Source: Octopus sinensis
Taxonomy: Eukaryota
Direction of reading: 5' to 3'
NCBI RefSeq assembly: GCF_006345805.1
Contig: NC_043002.1
Span: forward strand, 46,314,001-46,378,000
DNA: 64,000 nucleotides
Shown piece after piece: positions 1-11,878 of this stretch. The notes under the pieces were generated by a model that saw only the letters and a program-made list of their open reading frames with translations, searched no databases and was not told the DNA's origin. Numbering within the stretch: the stretch's first letter is position 1; each line of letters starts with the position of its first letter. The position numbers and the translations under genes were made by a program.

Positions 1-561
1 TATATTAATCATCATTCATATGAGTGGAAGGTGTGTTTCTGCTAGTGCATGTACCTATAGGATTTTTCTACCATTGTGTTTACCAAAGGGAATTTGGCGA
101 AAAGTATATGGAAAAGATCGGAATTACAGACGCCACAATGTTTTCTGCCCTTATCAAAAGGAAAGGATACAGACAATATGGCAGAAACACACCTTCCACT
201 CATATGAATGATGATTAATATAGATAACCTCCTTGAATTTAATAATTTGGTTCCACTTCTACAACACCACCATAGACAAATTTTTTTATACTCTGTTACA
301 TGAAGGCCTACTACCAAATTTCGTTGGGATATGTTTTACCTTTGTCTCTCTACCTCTCCCCCTCTCTCCCTCTCTCTATCATAAGCACAATCAAACACAC
401 AGACACAAACCTGTCACTTCACCACTAGATGTATTTGGCATTTATCCCCCCACACACACAATCACGCACACACATAGACACGAATACAGTTATATACATA
501 CTCACACATAGGCACTCAATCTCACTAGCAAAAGCAAACAACAACGCACCCCCATACATAC

Positions 562-647
562 GACTTGCACTCTGTCACCTTCCTTTTCTTAGAACTTTCC
601 TCTTCCAACCATTTTTGAACTCTTGAACTTTTTAAAATATTCTCCAT
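562..647 (-). CDS. Possible first coding exon of an unidentified gene running off the left edge (MENILKSSRVQKWLEEESSKKRKVTECK...)
   Basis: ATG at 647 opens a charged, KKRK-containing peptide that ends at a TC|GTATGT donor (intron start 561). It lies downstream of a CpG-rich promoter-like patch. No family recognised and no downstream exon found. Confidence 0.3.
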
Positions 648-929
648 CCGACCAATTTTGATGTCACTGCTTATAACGGAATATTTTAAAGAAACACTCA
701 TTATCACTATGGACTCCGTGTGGGCAGTCATCTAAAAGTTTTGTTCGTCATGATGCTGACATAAGTTCCTTGTCTTTCCTGATGAGAAGGCGGCATAATG
801 CACCCTTTATTCCTTCGGAATTAAGAATATGCAGTCTTCGAAACATATGTCGAGAATAAAGGAATTTTGTTAAATCGTCGTTCGACTCCATTCTTTCATC
901 TATTCATAGTAAAAAAACACACAAATTTC

Positions 930-1020
930 CATACGAAAGCACGTGATTTCTGCCCTTGGCATGTAGCTTCAACCGTGTTTTCTGACGTAAATTTGCTACC
1001 CGGGTATCGGTTAACCGAAT
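930..1020. promoter_or_regulatory. CpG-rich promoter-like patch with E-box and CRE/ATF-like site
   Basis: CACGTG at 940-945, TGACGTAA at 983-990, and locally high CpG density in a CpG-poor window. Confidence 0.35.
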
Positions 1021-1051
1021 TATCCATACTAGGATAATTCACTCAACTACT

Positions 1052-1052
<1 letters not shown>

Positions 1053-1102
<50 letters not shown>
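1053..1102. repeat. (TA)n microsatellite
   Basis: Direct reading. Confidence 0.95.
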
Positions 1103-1103
<1 letters not shown>

Positions 1104-1694
1104 GCAGCGTGTAGATGTAACAGTAATAGATGTAAAGTTATCACGACGGAGATACCAAGCGAAGAACAATCGAAGAATAAAGAACATTATTTACTTGTTA
1201 AATTGCCCGCAGTTGTTAATAAGACTGACAAAGTATTGCCATAATAGTCACTAACAGGTTGTTAATAAGGTTGTGGTAATTGTACATAGACGAATGTGAC
1301 AGCTTCGATTGCTGGTTGGCAGTTGTGCGAAAGTGAAGTGAGGGAAGAAAAACTGACTGTTGTTCTCAAGTTAAGAAAAGGGTTTTATTTTATAATCTCA
1401 GGCGCACTTGTGTCTCCTCCGAGACACAAGAATCGCTATTTCTTATCTAGTTTTCAACTCCAGATGACCTATAGAACTACTTAGACTAAGGCAGTGAGAT
1501 AGAAAAATGACAGCTGACCTCAAGAGTTCTGATCTGATATGTGTTAAACAAAGGGAAAATGTTGCAGTGAAATCTAAGTTACGGTTTCTATTCCTAAGTT
1601 AGGCAGCCAAAAAATGAGCGTCTACATATGCATATATCTATGTGTGTGCGTCTTTGTGTTTGATCCCTAACTCTGTTTATCAACCAGTGTTATT

Positions 1695-1733
<39 letters not shown>

Positions 1734-1752
1734 CGCGCGTGTGTGTGTGTGT
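1695..1752. repeat. (TG)n-(CG)n-(TG)n alternating purine-pyrimidine tract
   Basis: Direct reading; CG core at about 1725-1739. Confidence 0.95.
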
Positions 1753-2358
1753 CTTTATGTTTTCACTTTCCCGTAACCTAGCAGTTCAGCAAAAGAGATC
1801 AGCAGATTAAGTGCCACCTTTCAAGGCAGTGCCCCAGCATGGCTTCAGTTCAATGACTAAACAATGTAAAACATAAAAGATACATGATATATCTATATAT
1901 ACCCACTCCATATTGCTTTCCAAAACAGGTCAACAATTTTTCGGTCAAATCTGGCGATATTTTGAGTTGGATAGGGCGTGTCATCATTATTGCAATGGGG
2001 TTTAGGAATATGAGCTATTTCTTCAAATCTAATTGCACCTTTCAGTCATTAACACAAATCAGTTGCAGAAATCTTCCTTTGTTTGCAGAAATCTTCCAAA
2101 TGGTGAAAAATGCATTTCTATTCACGTATTCCATACAAGATGAACTGTACAAGGGAAGTAACTCAGAATATTTACGGTTAATAGTTATTTCCCTTGAACA
2201 AAGCTGTTAAATACTTTTACCTATCTATCTATCTATTTATCTATGATGTTTTCTGTGATACACGATCCCTTTTGATCGGATTTTTTTTTTCGAATAGAAA
2301 AGCTCTACATTGTATTTTGTCCCCTCTGTGTTCGGCCTTGTGTGGCTAACAAAGAAAC

Positions 2359-2662
<304 letters not shown>

Positions 2663-3599
2663 CTTCGACTTCGTCTCACCAAAATGGCTTCTCAACCCAG
2701 TGCTATTATTTATAGCCTTGAAACTACAGTTACAAAACAATTATTTCACGATCTCTCGAAAGTTTATAAATTCTTATGATTTACATAACTTTGATTTCGG
2801 CCATTGTGGAGCAGCGTAGCCCTCTCGAAAACGTAGTTGCTGTTGGCGGAAACGTACCCAGGTGTTTGATATTTCTACTAAATCTTCTCTATGAAGCAAG
2901 TCTCCAACACTTGCGCCAACATGGAGACGCTCGAGTCAGCGAAGAAGAGGATTCAATTGGTACGAATGAATTTAAAAGGGCAAAATACCTAACAGAATCC
3001 CCATAAAATACTTTGCATATGCATCTATGGTTTAAGACAATGTACTGCAAACAGCAAACAGCCGCTTTTTGTTGGATAAGTTCTTAACTCATTTCAAAAC
3101 TTGTGTTCTGTTGCTTTCTAAACACAAAGTTTTCAAGTTTTGGATGGTTGCCTTTTTGTGGCTATGTAGTATAGACGATTGAATTGAATACATTACGGAT
3201 GCTTAATGCGTCAGTCCTGATAAAAGGAAAAGCAGAAATCACTCGCGGCCGTACTTGAACTTAGAACGTAAAGGAGTGTTTGTGAACACTCCTAACGTAG
3301 CTTTTTAACGCTCATTGTATTAAATATGTCAACACTAGCCGAACTGTTTATTTAATCTAAGCACTCTTAATATTACTACGAGCCAATACCACTCGTCCAG
3401 CAGTTTGAAGTCTGAATTTTCTGTAAGACACAGTACAGCATATGTCAGCCAGTCCTTGTACTAAATGACCTTGTTTTCGATCATTTTGAAACTCTCTAAT
3501 CTAAGGGAGAAAACTCTAATCCCCTTTTTTTCTTCCAGTTTTTTTTTCTTTTCTTATATTTCTGCATTGCAGTTGTTTTCAAATATCTTCCCGATCATA

Positions 3600-3795
3600 T
3601 GGACTTCGGCTCAGTCCCAGTGTACGGCACCTCAAACAACTGTCTTCTTGAGCCTTGAGCCGACAAAATTCTTGTGAGTAGATTTGGTGAACGGAAACTG
3701 AAAGAAACACACGTGCATGCATGCACACATACATACATACATACATACATACATACATACATACATACATACATACATACATACATACATACATA
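3600..3795 (+). mobile_element. Decayed tRNA-derived SINE 5' half followed by (CATA)n
   Basis: TCAGTCCCA...GGCACCT...TTGTGAGTAGATTTGGT..ACGGAAACTGAAAGAA matches the better-preserved copy at 8239. Confidence 0.7.
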
Positions 3796-3829
3796 CAAGA
3801 GATAATACCTTAGTTTCCGATAGCAACAG

Positions 3830-6123
3830 CATCCTTTAGGATGGACGGGTACACAAGTTCTCATGTGGCTCCCACTTTTGGTTCTGAGACCATTCTCAAC
3901 TACATCCGGTAACTGCTTCTGCTGGCAGGCTAAATTTAGTGAGGGGCCAACGCTTGAATATGATGATGATGTTGAGGTATGTTATGAAGACCTGGAGAAA
4001 ATCACTAGGGCAGCTCCTAAAAAAGATGTCCTCATCGACCTAAGAGACTGGAACGCCAAAGTAGGTGCGGATGGGACAGTAGAATAATTTGGGATTGGAG
4101 AAACCAGCGATCGTAGACTCCGACTCCTTAAATTTGCTAGCAAGATCTCGCGCTGAATAGCATGGTATGCCCCGTAGCGACAGCACTCATAGCCAAATTG
4201 ACTTCGTCCTCGCAACTCAGAAGTTCGTGTACAGCATCAACAATTCCCTGGTACGGATGTCAACAGTGATCATGATTTGGTCATGATGACAACGAGGTTC
4301 AAACTGAAAAGAAACCGTAAGAAAATATCCACACGTATTAGCTTTGATGTAGACAAACTTAAAGATCCCAGAGTTGCAGCGGTATTTGAGGCGGAAGTGG
4401 TGGCAAGTTTGCAGCGCTTAACCTTCTGGAAGATTATATAAAGGCTAATATCAAGGAAGCGCTTCAGGAAATGATTCTAGAAGTGCTGGAGAGGAGAAGG
4501 AAAAAGAAACCATGGGTCGTTGATGATGTCTTGGATTTATGTGAGTTAAAGCGAGGCGTGAGGAAGACCAGGCTAATGGGTCAGGAGGCAAGTAAGCAAT
4601 ACAATAGGAAGGTTAGGAAGAAAATGAAGGAAACCAAAAAGGGAATGAACAGTAGACCAGTGCAAAGTCATCGAAGCTAGAATAAAGAAGTGCAACAACA
4701 AGGTTGCTTATGAAACTATGAAAATTCTAACGAAAACAAAGATATACACCACCGCTATCACTGAGGGCAAAACAGGCTTGCTCCTTATGTATGAGAATGA
4801 TGTCATCAAAAATGGTCTGAGTATTACAAAAACCTTTACAATCACAAGCACAAGCATGACAGCAACATCCTAGACAATTCCAATGACAACAACACAGAGA
4901 ATTTGGGGATACGCCAATTCTCCAGGAGGAAATCGAAGAGGCAGTGTGCATGCTCAGAGATGGAAAATCCCCAAGAGTAGATAACATCCCATTAGATCTA
5001 AAACATGAAGGGCCAAAAATTATCAAGGCATTGATATTTACCTGTCAGAAGATATGTGAGACGAAAAGGTGGCCAAAGGAGTGAACTCAGTCACTGATGA
5101 AACCCATTCGTAAGAAAGGCAACTTAAGACTGCCAGAATTATAGAAAAATCAGCCTAAATTAGTCACCCCAGCAAAGTTTTGCTGAGAGTTCTGCAAAAC
5201 AGACTTAAAAGGAAAGTAGAAGAAATCCTTACAGAAGAACGAGCAGGATTTAGGCTCAAAAGGAATAATGTGTAGCAGATATTTAACATTAGACTGCTCA
5301 CCGAGAAAAATTTACAACACCATTCTGATCTCTATCACAAATTCGACGACTTCAAAAAGGCCTTTGATCGTGTTTAGCACGATGGGTTGTGGCAGTTGAT
5401 GAAGAATTACAACTTCGACAACAATCTCATCGAAGCACTATAAAAACTCAAGCAATGCAGTTCTCCTGAACAACAGCAACGAAGAATTCTTCAGGACAAT
5501 TATAGGTGTTCGACAAGGAAGTCTCTTCTCTCTCTCTCTCTCTCTATTGCTTCTTGGAGAACCTCATCTTCCTGGAGAACCTCATGCAGGAGACACTTCA
5601 AAACTACCTTTCTGGTTCCACTGAACGACGGCCCATTTCCAAACTGTGCTTTGCTGATGATATTGACTTGTTAGGAAGCAGTGAAACAGAACTACAAGAG
5701 CTCACCACTAGACTGGAAAAAGTATCATGAGCATACAGAATGTGGTTCAGCCCAGATCAGCAATATCCTGGTAAATAGTAACAGCCAAAACATAGCAACC
5801 AACATTATGGTGAATTGAGGAAGACTTGCCGAAATGGACACCTTCAAGCACTTAGGATCCACTTCGACTAAGGACGGCAGATCTCAAAAGAAACAAGACT
5901 CAGTTTAGCATCTGCTGCCATGACGAAGCTGGATACCATATGGAAAATCAATTCCATTAAATTTTCCACCAAGACTCAGAAAGAACAAGTCCGTGCTGAC
6001 TTCGATCCTTCTGTGTGGGTGTTAGAGCTGGTCTCTTACAGCTGACATGGAGCGAAGAATCCAGGCATTTGAACATAAGTGCTTCAGAAGGCTGCTACAC
6101 AATCCGTACACTGAGCATGACCC
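3830..6123 (+). mobile_element. Degenerate RTE-clade LINE (APE endonuclease plus RT), 3'-interrupted
   Basis: Endonuclease-like PTLEYDDDVEVCYEDLEK...KKDVLIDLRDWNAKVG; RT motifs DFKKAFDRV, GVRQG and LCFADDIDLLGSSETELQEL; C-terminal IQAFEHKCFRRLL. Many stops and frameshifts. Confidence 0.9.
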
Positions 6124-6620
6124 GGAAGTTGCTCCTCTTCGATTACTATCGCAAACAGCAGTCGCTTTCTTCAACTGAATACACGTCGTTGATGGGTTAA
6201 AATTACCCAAATACGACAACTTTAACACGAAATAACGACGTGTATTCAGCTGAAGAAAGCTACTGCTGTTTGCGATAGTAATCGAAGAGGAACAACTTCC
6301 AGGTCATCTCTACTAAATGTCACCGCTCTGTTCTATTCGTTTGTCGAGCGAAGGGCGAAGGGAAAGTGTTGCTTCTTGGTCATAGCTGACACAAAAGAGG
6401 AGCTTTCTGCCGCAAGAAAGACGATGCCACCTTTATCGTTTCTTCCTTTCTGGTCAGCACCGTGCATTCCTTACTCTTTCCCTCTCTAATGACATTTAGT
6501 AGAGATGACCTAGAAGTTGTTCCTCTTCGATTATTTCGCAAACAGCAGTAGCTTTCTTCAGCTGAATACACGTCGCTGATTGGTTAAAATTACCCAAATA
6601 CTACAACTTTAACACGAAAT
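6124..6620. repeat. Three copies of a 90-130 bp unit in forward/inverted/forward order
   Basis: 6124-6233 forward, 6234-6322 inverted, 6490-6620 forward. All share GAAGTTGYTCCTCTTCGATTA...GCAAACAGCAGT...TGAATACACGTCG. Confidence 0.9.
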
Positions 6621-6634
6621 TACTTCTAAAATAC

Positions 6635-7323
6635 GAAATTTTGACCAAAATATTGAAAGTAAACCGTGAGAAATTACTCCAATATACAAAGTTTCAAACT
6701 GTTTAGTTTAAAAAAAATTATTAAAAAATCTGTGAGCGAAACTGAACAGATCCTCATCCTGCAGTATAATGTTCTTATAGTGGAGGTAGATCGCACGCTA
6801 AAGTGTAAAAGACTAAGAAAAGGTAGACCGTACGCTAAAAGTAATTTCGCAGTGTAGACAAGATACTGCAGTAGACCGCATGCTAAAGTAGCACCAAAAA
6901 TCGTTATTTTCTTTGCCAGAATGTAAAATTTACTAAGTAATTAAATCTTATTTGTTAACACTGACAGGATAATAATGCAGAGAAACAATGCCAGATGCTG
7001 TATGTAAGGTATTCAATCTGTCTTTGGTTTTTCTGTCAACTTATGAACTCCTGGCATTCCTAGAGGCGAGCGGTCTACTGCAGTATCTTGTCTACATTGC
7101 GAAATTACTTTTAGCGTACGGTCTACCTTTTCTTAGTCTTTTACACTTTAGCGTGCGATCTACCTCCACTATAAGAACTTTATACTGCAGGATGAGGATC
7201 TGTTCAATTTCGCTCACAGATTTTTAAATAATTTTTTTTTAACTAAACAGTTTGAAACTTTGTATACTGGAGTAATTTCTCACGCTTAACACGGTTTACT
7301 TTCAATATTTTGGTCAAAATTTC
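6635..7323. mobile_element. Foldback/MITE-like element with about 245-bp inverted arms
   Basis: Arm 6635-6879 is a near-perfect reverse complement of 7070-7323, which carries a 9-bp insertion. Spacer about 190 bp. Confidence 0.85.
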
Positions 7324-7382
7324 AATCATTAGACTGTGGACATGCTGCTCATACAAAAGTTTCTAATTTATGTAGACGATAA

Positions 7383-7740
7383 ATGTCATCATTTAATATC
7401 CGTCTTCCATGCTGGCATGGGTTGGTCGATTTGACAGGAGCTAGCAAAGGAGGAATTCGCCAAGCGCTGCTGTATATTTTAGCATGTTTTCTACGACTGG
7501 ATGCCGTTCCTATCGCCAATCATTCTATAGTGCACGAGGTACTTTTTGAGCGGCACTAGCACTGGTAAATATCACCAAGTAACTTACAAAGCTAAGATCA
7601 CTCAACTGAGAGAACGAGTGGTATTGAGTGAAGGACTTTGTGCCAGATGACGAAGAGTTAAATTATGATAGAGGGATAGAAACAGGAGTCTTACTGTAGA
7701 AGAGCGACATCGTTGCCTAAATCAGGAGAGAGAAAGAGTG
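7383..7740 (-). mobile_element. Decayed RTE-type 3' tail element
   Basis: CATCAT...TTCCATGCTGGCATGGGTTGG...GGATGCC.TTCCTA.CGCCAA, same family as 11965 and 60901. Confidence 0.6.
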
Positions 7741-7842
7741 GGGGGGGGGACAGTAGCGATATATCAGGGCATACTCTAATGGTATATGATGTGTTATTAC
7801 GGTAGATATTGCTTGGATCACTGGTATCTCATACATATCTAA

Positions 7843-8131
7843 TCTATATTTATATATATAAACCTTTTGTATCTCTGTCTGTTCCCAATGCATTCCCAAA
7901 CGGCTCAACCAAATCAAATCAAATTTTACATGGTAATACTGTGAGACCCCGTGAGTGTCAACATGTAATTTTTGGGATTAAAACAATGCAACATTGGCAC
8001 TGGTTCCGTACTACGTCTCAAAACTCGAATAATAAATGTGATATCTTCCACGGAGTAACAGTTATAAATAGTTTCACTGTGTATAAAAATATATAAACAA
8101 ATGCATATATATATTTATGCATATATATTTA

Positions 8132-8220
<89 letters not shown>

Positions 8221-8663
8221 TTATATGTATGTATGTATGGAGTGGCTGTGTGGTAAGTAGCTTGCTTACCAGCCACATGGTTCCGGGTTCAGTCCCACTG
8301 CGTGGCACCTTGGGCAAGTGTCTTCTACTATAGCCTCGGGTCGACCAAAGCCTTGTGAGTGGATTTGATAGACGGAAATTGAGAGAAGCCCGTCGTATAT
8401 ATGTATATATATATATATGTATGTGTGCGTGTTTGTGTGTCTGTGCTTGTCCCCCTAGCATTGCTTGACAACCGATGCTGGTGTGTTTATGTCCCCGTCA
8501 TTTAGCGGTTCGGCAAAAGGGAACCGATAGAATAAGTACTGGGCTTACAAAGAATAAGTCCCGGGGTCGAGTTGCTGGACTAAAGGCGGTGCTCCAGCAT
8601 GGCCGCAGTCAAATGACTGAAACAAGTAAAAGAGTATATATATAAATATATATATATGTGCAT

Positions 8664-8695
<32 letters not shown>

Positions 8696-8970
8696 GTGTG
8701 TGCATATATATGTATATATATATATGTATGTGTGCGTGTTTGTGTGTCTGTGCTTGTCCCCCTAGCATTGCTTGACAACCGATGCTGGTGTGTTTATGTC
8801 CCCGTCACTTAGCGGTTCGGCAAAAGGGAACCGATAGAATAAGTACTGGGCTTACAAAGAATAAGTCCCGGGGTCGAGTTGCTGGACTAAAGGCGGTGCT
8901 CCAGCATGGCCGCAGTCAAATGACTGAAACAAGTAAAAGAGTATATATATAAATATATATATATGTGCAT

Positions 8971-9002
<32 letters not shown>

Positions 9003-9089
9003 GTGTGTGCATATATATGTATATATATATATATGTGTGTGTGTGTATGTATATATATATTTATGTATATATATGTGTGTGTGTGTGAA

Positions 9090-9145
<56 letters not shown>

Positions 9146-9503
9146 AATGTTTTGCGTTCTTGTCCCATTTTGTATTTTTATATATATTTTTTATACATAC
9201 ATATATGCATGTATGTATGTATGTATGTATGTATGTGTGTGTGTGTGTATGTATATGTGTTTGTGTATATACTATAGCCCTTGGCCGACTAAAGCCTTGT
9301 GAGTGGATTTCGTACACGTAAACTGAAAGATGACTGTCGTATATGTGTATATTTGTGTGTGTCTGTGTTTATACTTCCACTATCGCTTCACAACCGACTA
9401 TAGGCGGTGCTCCAGCACGGCCGCAGTTACATGACTGAAACAAGTAAAACAACAAAAAAACTATGCTATTTTAATCCCGAGCAACTCCGGCTATCTCTGC
9501 TAG
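7843..9503 (+). mobile_element. Non-autonomous Helitron, copy 1, inflated by SINE and microsatellite insertions
   Basis: 5' A|TCTATAT; shares AAACGGCTC.ACCAAATCAAATCAAATTTTACA with copy 2; 3' GC-rich hairpin remnant plus CTAG at 9500-9503. Confidence 0.75.
8239..9030 (+). mobile_element. tRNA-derived SINE with internal (TA)n/(TG)n and a duplicated 3' half
   Basis: Box A-like TGGCTGTGTGGT, box B-like GGTTCAGTCCC, then CCTTGGGCAAG. The 3' half (TTGACAACCGATGCTGG...GGCGGTGCTCCAGCATGGCCGCAG...CTGAAACAAGTAAAAGAG) occurs twice with a 307-bp period. Confidence 0.85.
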
Positions 9504-11058
9504 TCTATATATATAAAATTCTTTGTCTGTCTGTTTGTAGTATATGCATTCTTAAACGGCTCGACCAAATCAAATCAAATTTTACAACACCGGTTGTCAA
9601 ATCAGACTATTTCTTTGTAAAATTTCTAAAGTGAAAGAATAACATCGATATTGTAATGTGATAAGGCTATAATATTGTTTCTCTTTCATTCTTTCACTTT
9701 TAAGTGTAATGTGATAACACTAAGATCATCTTCTTTCTGTTATATTTGAAATGAATGAATAATTATGCATCGGCAACTTTCCGTCTTTACGGGCACCACA
9801 GTGGAGTGATGTGACAGAGTCTCAAGAGAGAAGAAAAATGACACTTTCTCAAGATCAGCAAACGCATACTGCAGCACGTCAAATGGAGTCTCAAGACAGA
9901 AGTGTGATGAAACTTTTTTCAAGACAGAAGGGAGATGAGACTTTCTCAAGATCAGCAAAGGTATGCTGCAACACATCAGATGGAGTTTTAATACAGAAGG
10001 AAGATGAGACTTTCCCAAAATCAGCAACTGTATGCTGCAGCACGTCAAATGGAGTCTCAATACAGAAGCGAGATGATACTTTCTCAGTATCAGGAAAGGC
10101 GTGCTGCAGCACATCATATGGAGTCTCAAAAGAGAAGGGAAATGAGTTTCCCAATTTCAGCAAAGGTATGTTGCAGTACGTCAAACGGAGTCTCAAGAGA
10201 GATGGGAGACGAGACTTTCCCAAGATCAGCAAATGCATGCTACAGCAGTTAATGCCGGATCATTAAAACAACGTTTTAATGATTAGACAGGTCCAATTGA
10301 ATAGGTCTCAGAAACAGACAACGTACAAATTCGTTCTTCACAACTCCTGGAGCTGCTTTTAGATATGATCTATCCCATTCTTATAAAAATGATAATTTTG
10401 TCCAAATTGGTGTGCTAAATTCAAAATGTCGTTTCTGCAAAGCTTTACAATTTCCAAATGAAACTAATGGCATGTGCTGCTCAGGCGGTAAGGTAAGATT
10501 GCCAGCACCATCAGCTTCTCAACCTCTTATGGATCTTCTGGAAAGCACTTTCATCCAGTCAAAGGATTTTCTGAACATTATCATACAACTCTGCATTTTA
10601 AATGATTTCGTTTGGTGCATCTAAAAAGATAGTTGAACATGGATTTACGCCGACGTTCAAGTTTATCACCTCATTGGTTCCCTGTTACCCACAAGTGAAC
10701 AACCATAGTTCCTCCAAATTTACTTTATGAGTGATGTACAAAAAACCCGAAGGAGGTGTCAAAACTTCAGACGATGGGTCGTGTTAGACGCAACGCCGAC
10801 TGCCGCAAAGGAGTATATCCACTGACAGCTTTTCGGTGCTTTCATAAATCAATTAACCCCCCTCCCCAATTTTCCATAACAGATTAGGGCTTAAAATACT
10901 CCTAACGGACGCATGTCGCTTAGTTGAATTAGCCCATCATTTACTCCACAAGTGTTGTCAACGCTGCAATTTTCCGTATCACCTGTAACTAATTATATAC
11001 ATACACACACACAAACTATGCCATTTTACTCCCGAGCAACGCCGGGTATCTCTGCTAG
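9504..11058 (+). mobile_element. Internally deleted Helitron, copy 2, retaining RepHel N-terminal fragments
   Basis: 5' TC at 9504; 3' hairpin CCCGAGCAACGCCGGG then CTAG|T at 11055-11059. Translation includes CRFCKALQFPNETNGMCCSGGKVRLP and MISFGA...VYHLIGSLLP, typical of the Helitron RepHel N-terminus. Confidence 0.9.
9843..10250 (+). repeat. 69-bp (23-codon) tandem repeat within the Helitron
   Basis: ACTTTCYCAA unit starts at 9940, 10009, 10078, about 10146 and 10214; translates as RLSQxQQxYAAARQMESQxRxE. Confidence 0.9.
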
Positions 11059-11399
11059 TGTACTCATATAGAAGCTTAGTAAACCTATTACTGCATGAGA
11101 CTTCAACCTAAGAGCATGGATTGTATTTTATTTATTTTTTTGTTGTTTACACATTCTGAATATAGAAGCGCTTGACATAACAGATACAAGCAAGAGTAGA
11201 ACATATGCAAAATTTAGGAAAACTCCATTCCTTAACACCTTTTTTTTTTTAGGAGTTTGTTTCAGAATCTATATTGGTGTAGTGTTGAATACATTATCTC
11301 CACGTCGTAGTGTAGTAGAGTCCATCACACTACAAGCAATGAACAAATAGATGCAAAATAAGAAAATGCTCAATTGTGCTCGGGTGTTGTTAACTGTTT

Positions 11400-11620
11400 G
11401 CAGCAAAGTTGGGAGAGACTTCAGAGTCAAAAGACTTGAGCCAAGGTGTTAGCCAGATGTCTGATATTCTAACAACTATTTATGTCCAAAGAGTAAGAAA
11501 TTTAGCAAGAAAAACAGTTGGAGATTCAAGTTCCCATACAATAATTAAGATATACGAGATACAAACAAATGGTGAAAAGATGGATATGCGTTTTACAACA
11601 AAGACCAATTGGAACTGAGC
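11400..11620 (+). mobile_element. Possible LINE C-terminal fragment (Rex1/Babar-like pattern)
   Basis: LTTIYVQRVRNLARKTVGDSSSH resembles the LY..RV...A..I..DPSHP motif. Weak. Confidence 0.3.
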
Positions 11621-11878
11621 AATGTAAACGTAGAACAGCAGTTGCTGGATTTTCCCAACGGGGTATTGTTCCAAAGAAGAGATTTATGAACTCACTACTT
11701 GTCTCTATTGTTGCTGCTAAGTGTAGAGTAGGTTCATCAGACAATATCAGGGCATAACATGGTGAATCATGTCTCAGGTGCAGCCACTTGAAGAGTAACT
11801 AAACGTTGCAAACTCATACAAAGAGTTTTTACAGAGTATAATTTAGTCGCCAATCCATTGCTTGCAGTTTAAACAAAC

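Noticed and set aside
1407-1430. Perfect 10-bp hairpin CTTGTGTCTC-CTCC-GAGACACAAG
   Set aside because: Short enough to arise by chance in 64 kb; no supporting context.
2776-3006. 76-aa ORF in a GC-richer patch
   Set aside because: No recognisable motif and no consistent splice sites in any frame.
8239-8310. tRNA-like box A/B sequences (also 47349, 55970)
   Set aside because: They continue into multicopy SINE bodies and lack a complete cloverleaf, so they are not tRNA genes.
9843-10250. Regular repeat arrays as CRISPR candidates (also 29530-29745)
   Set aside because: Contiguous tandem units without unique spacers, eukaryotic context, and no cas genes.
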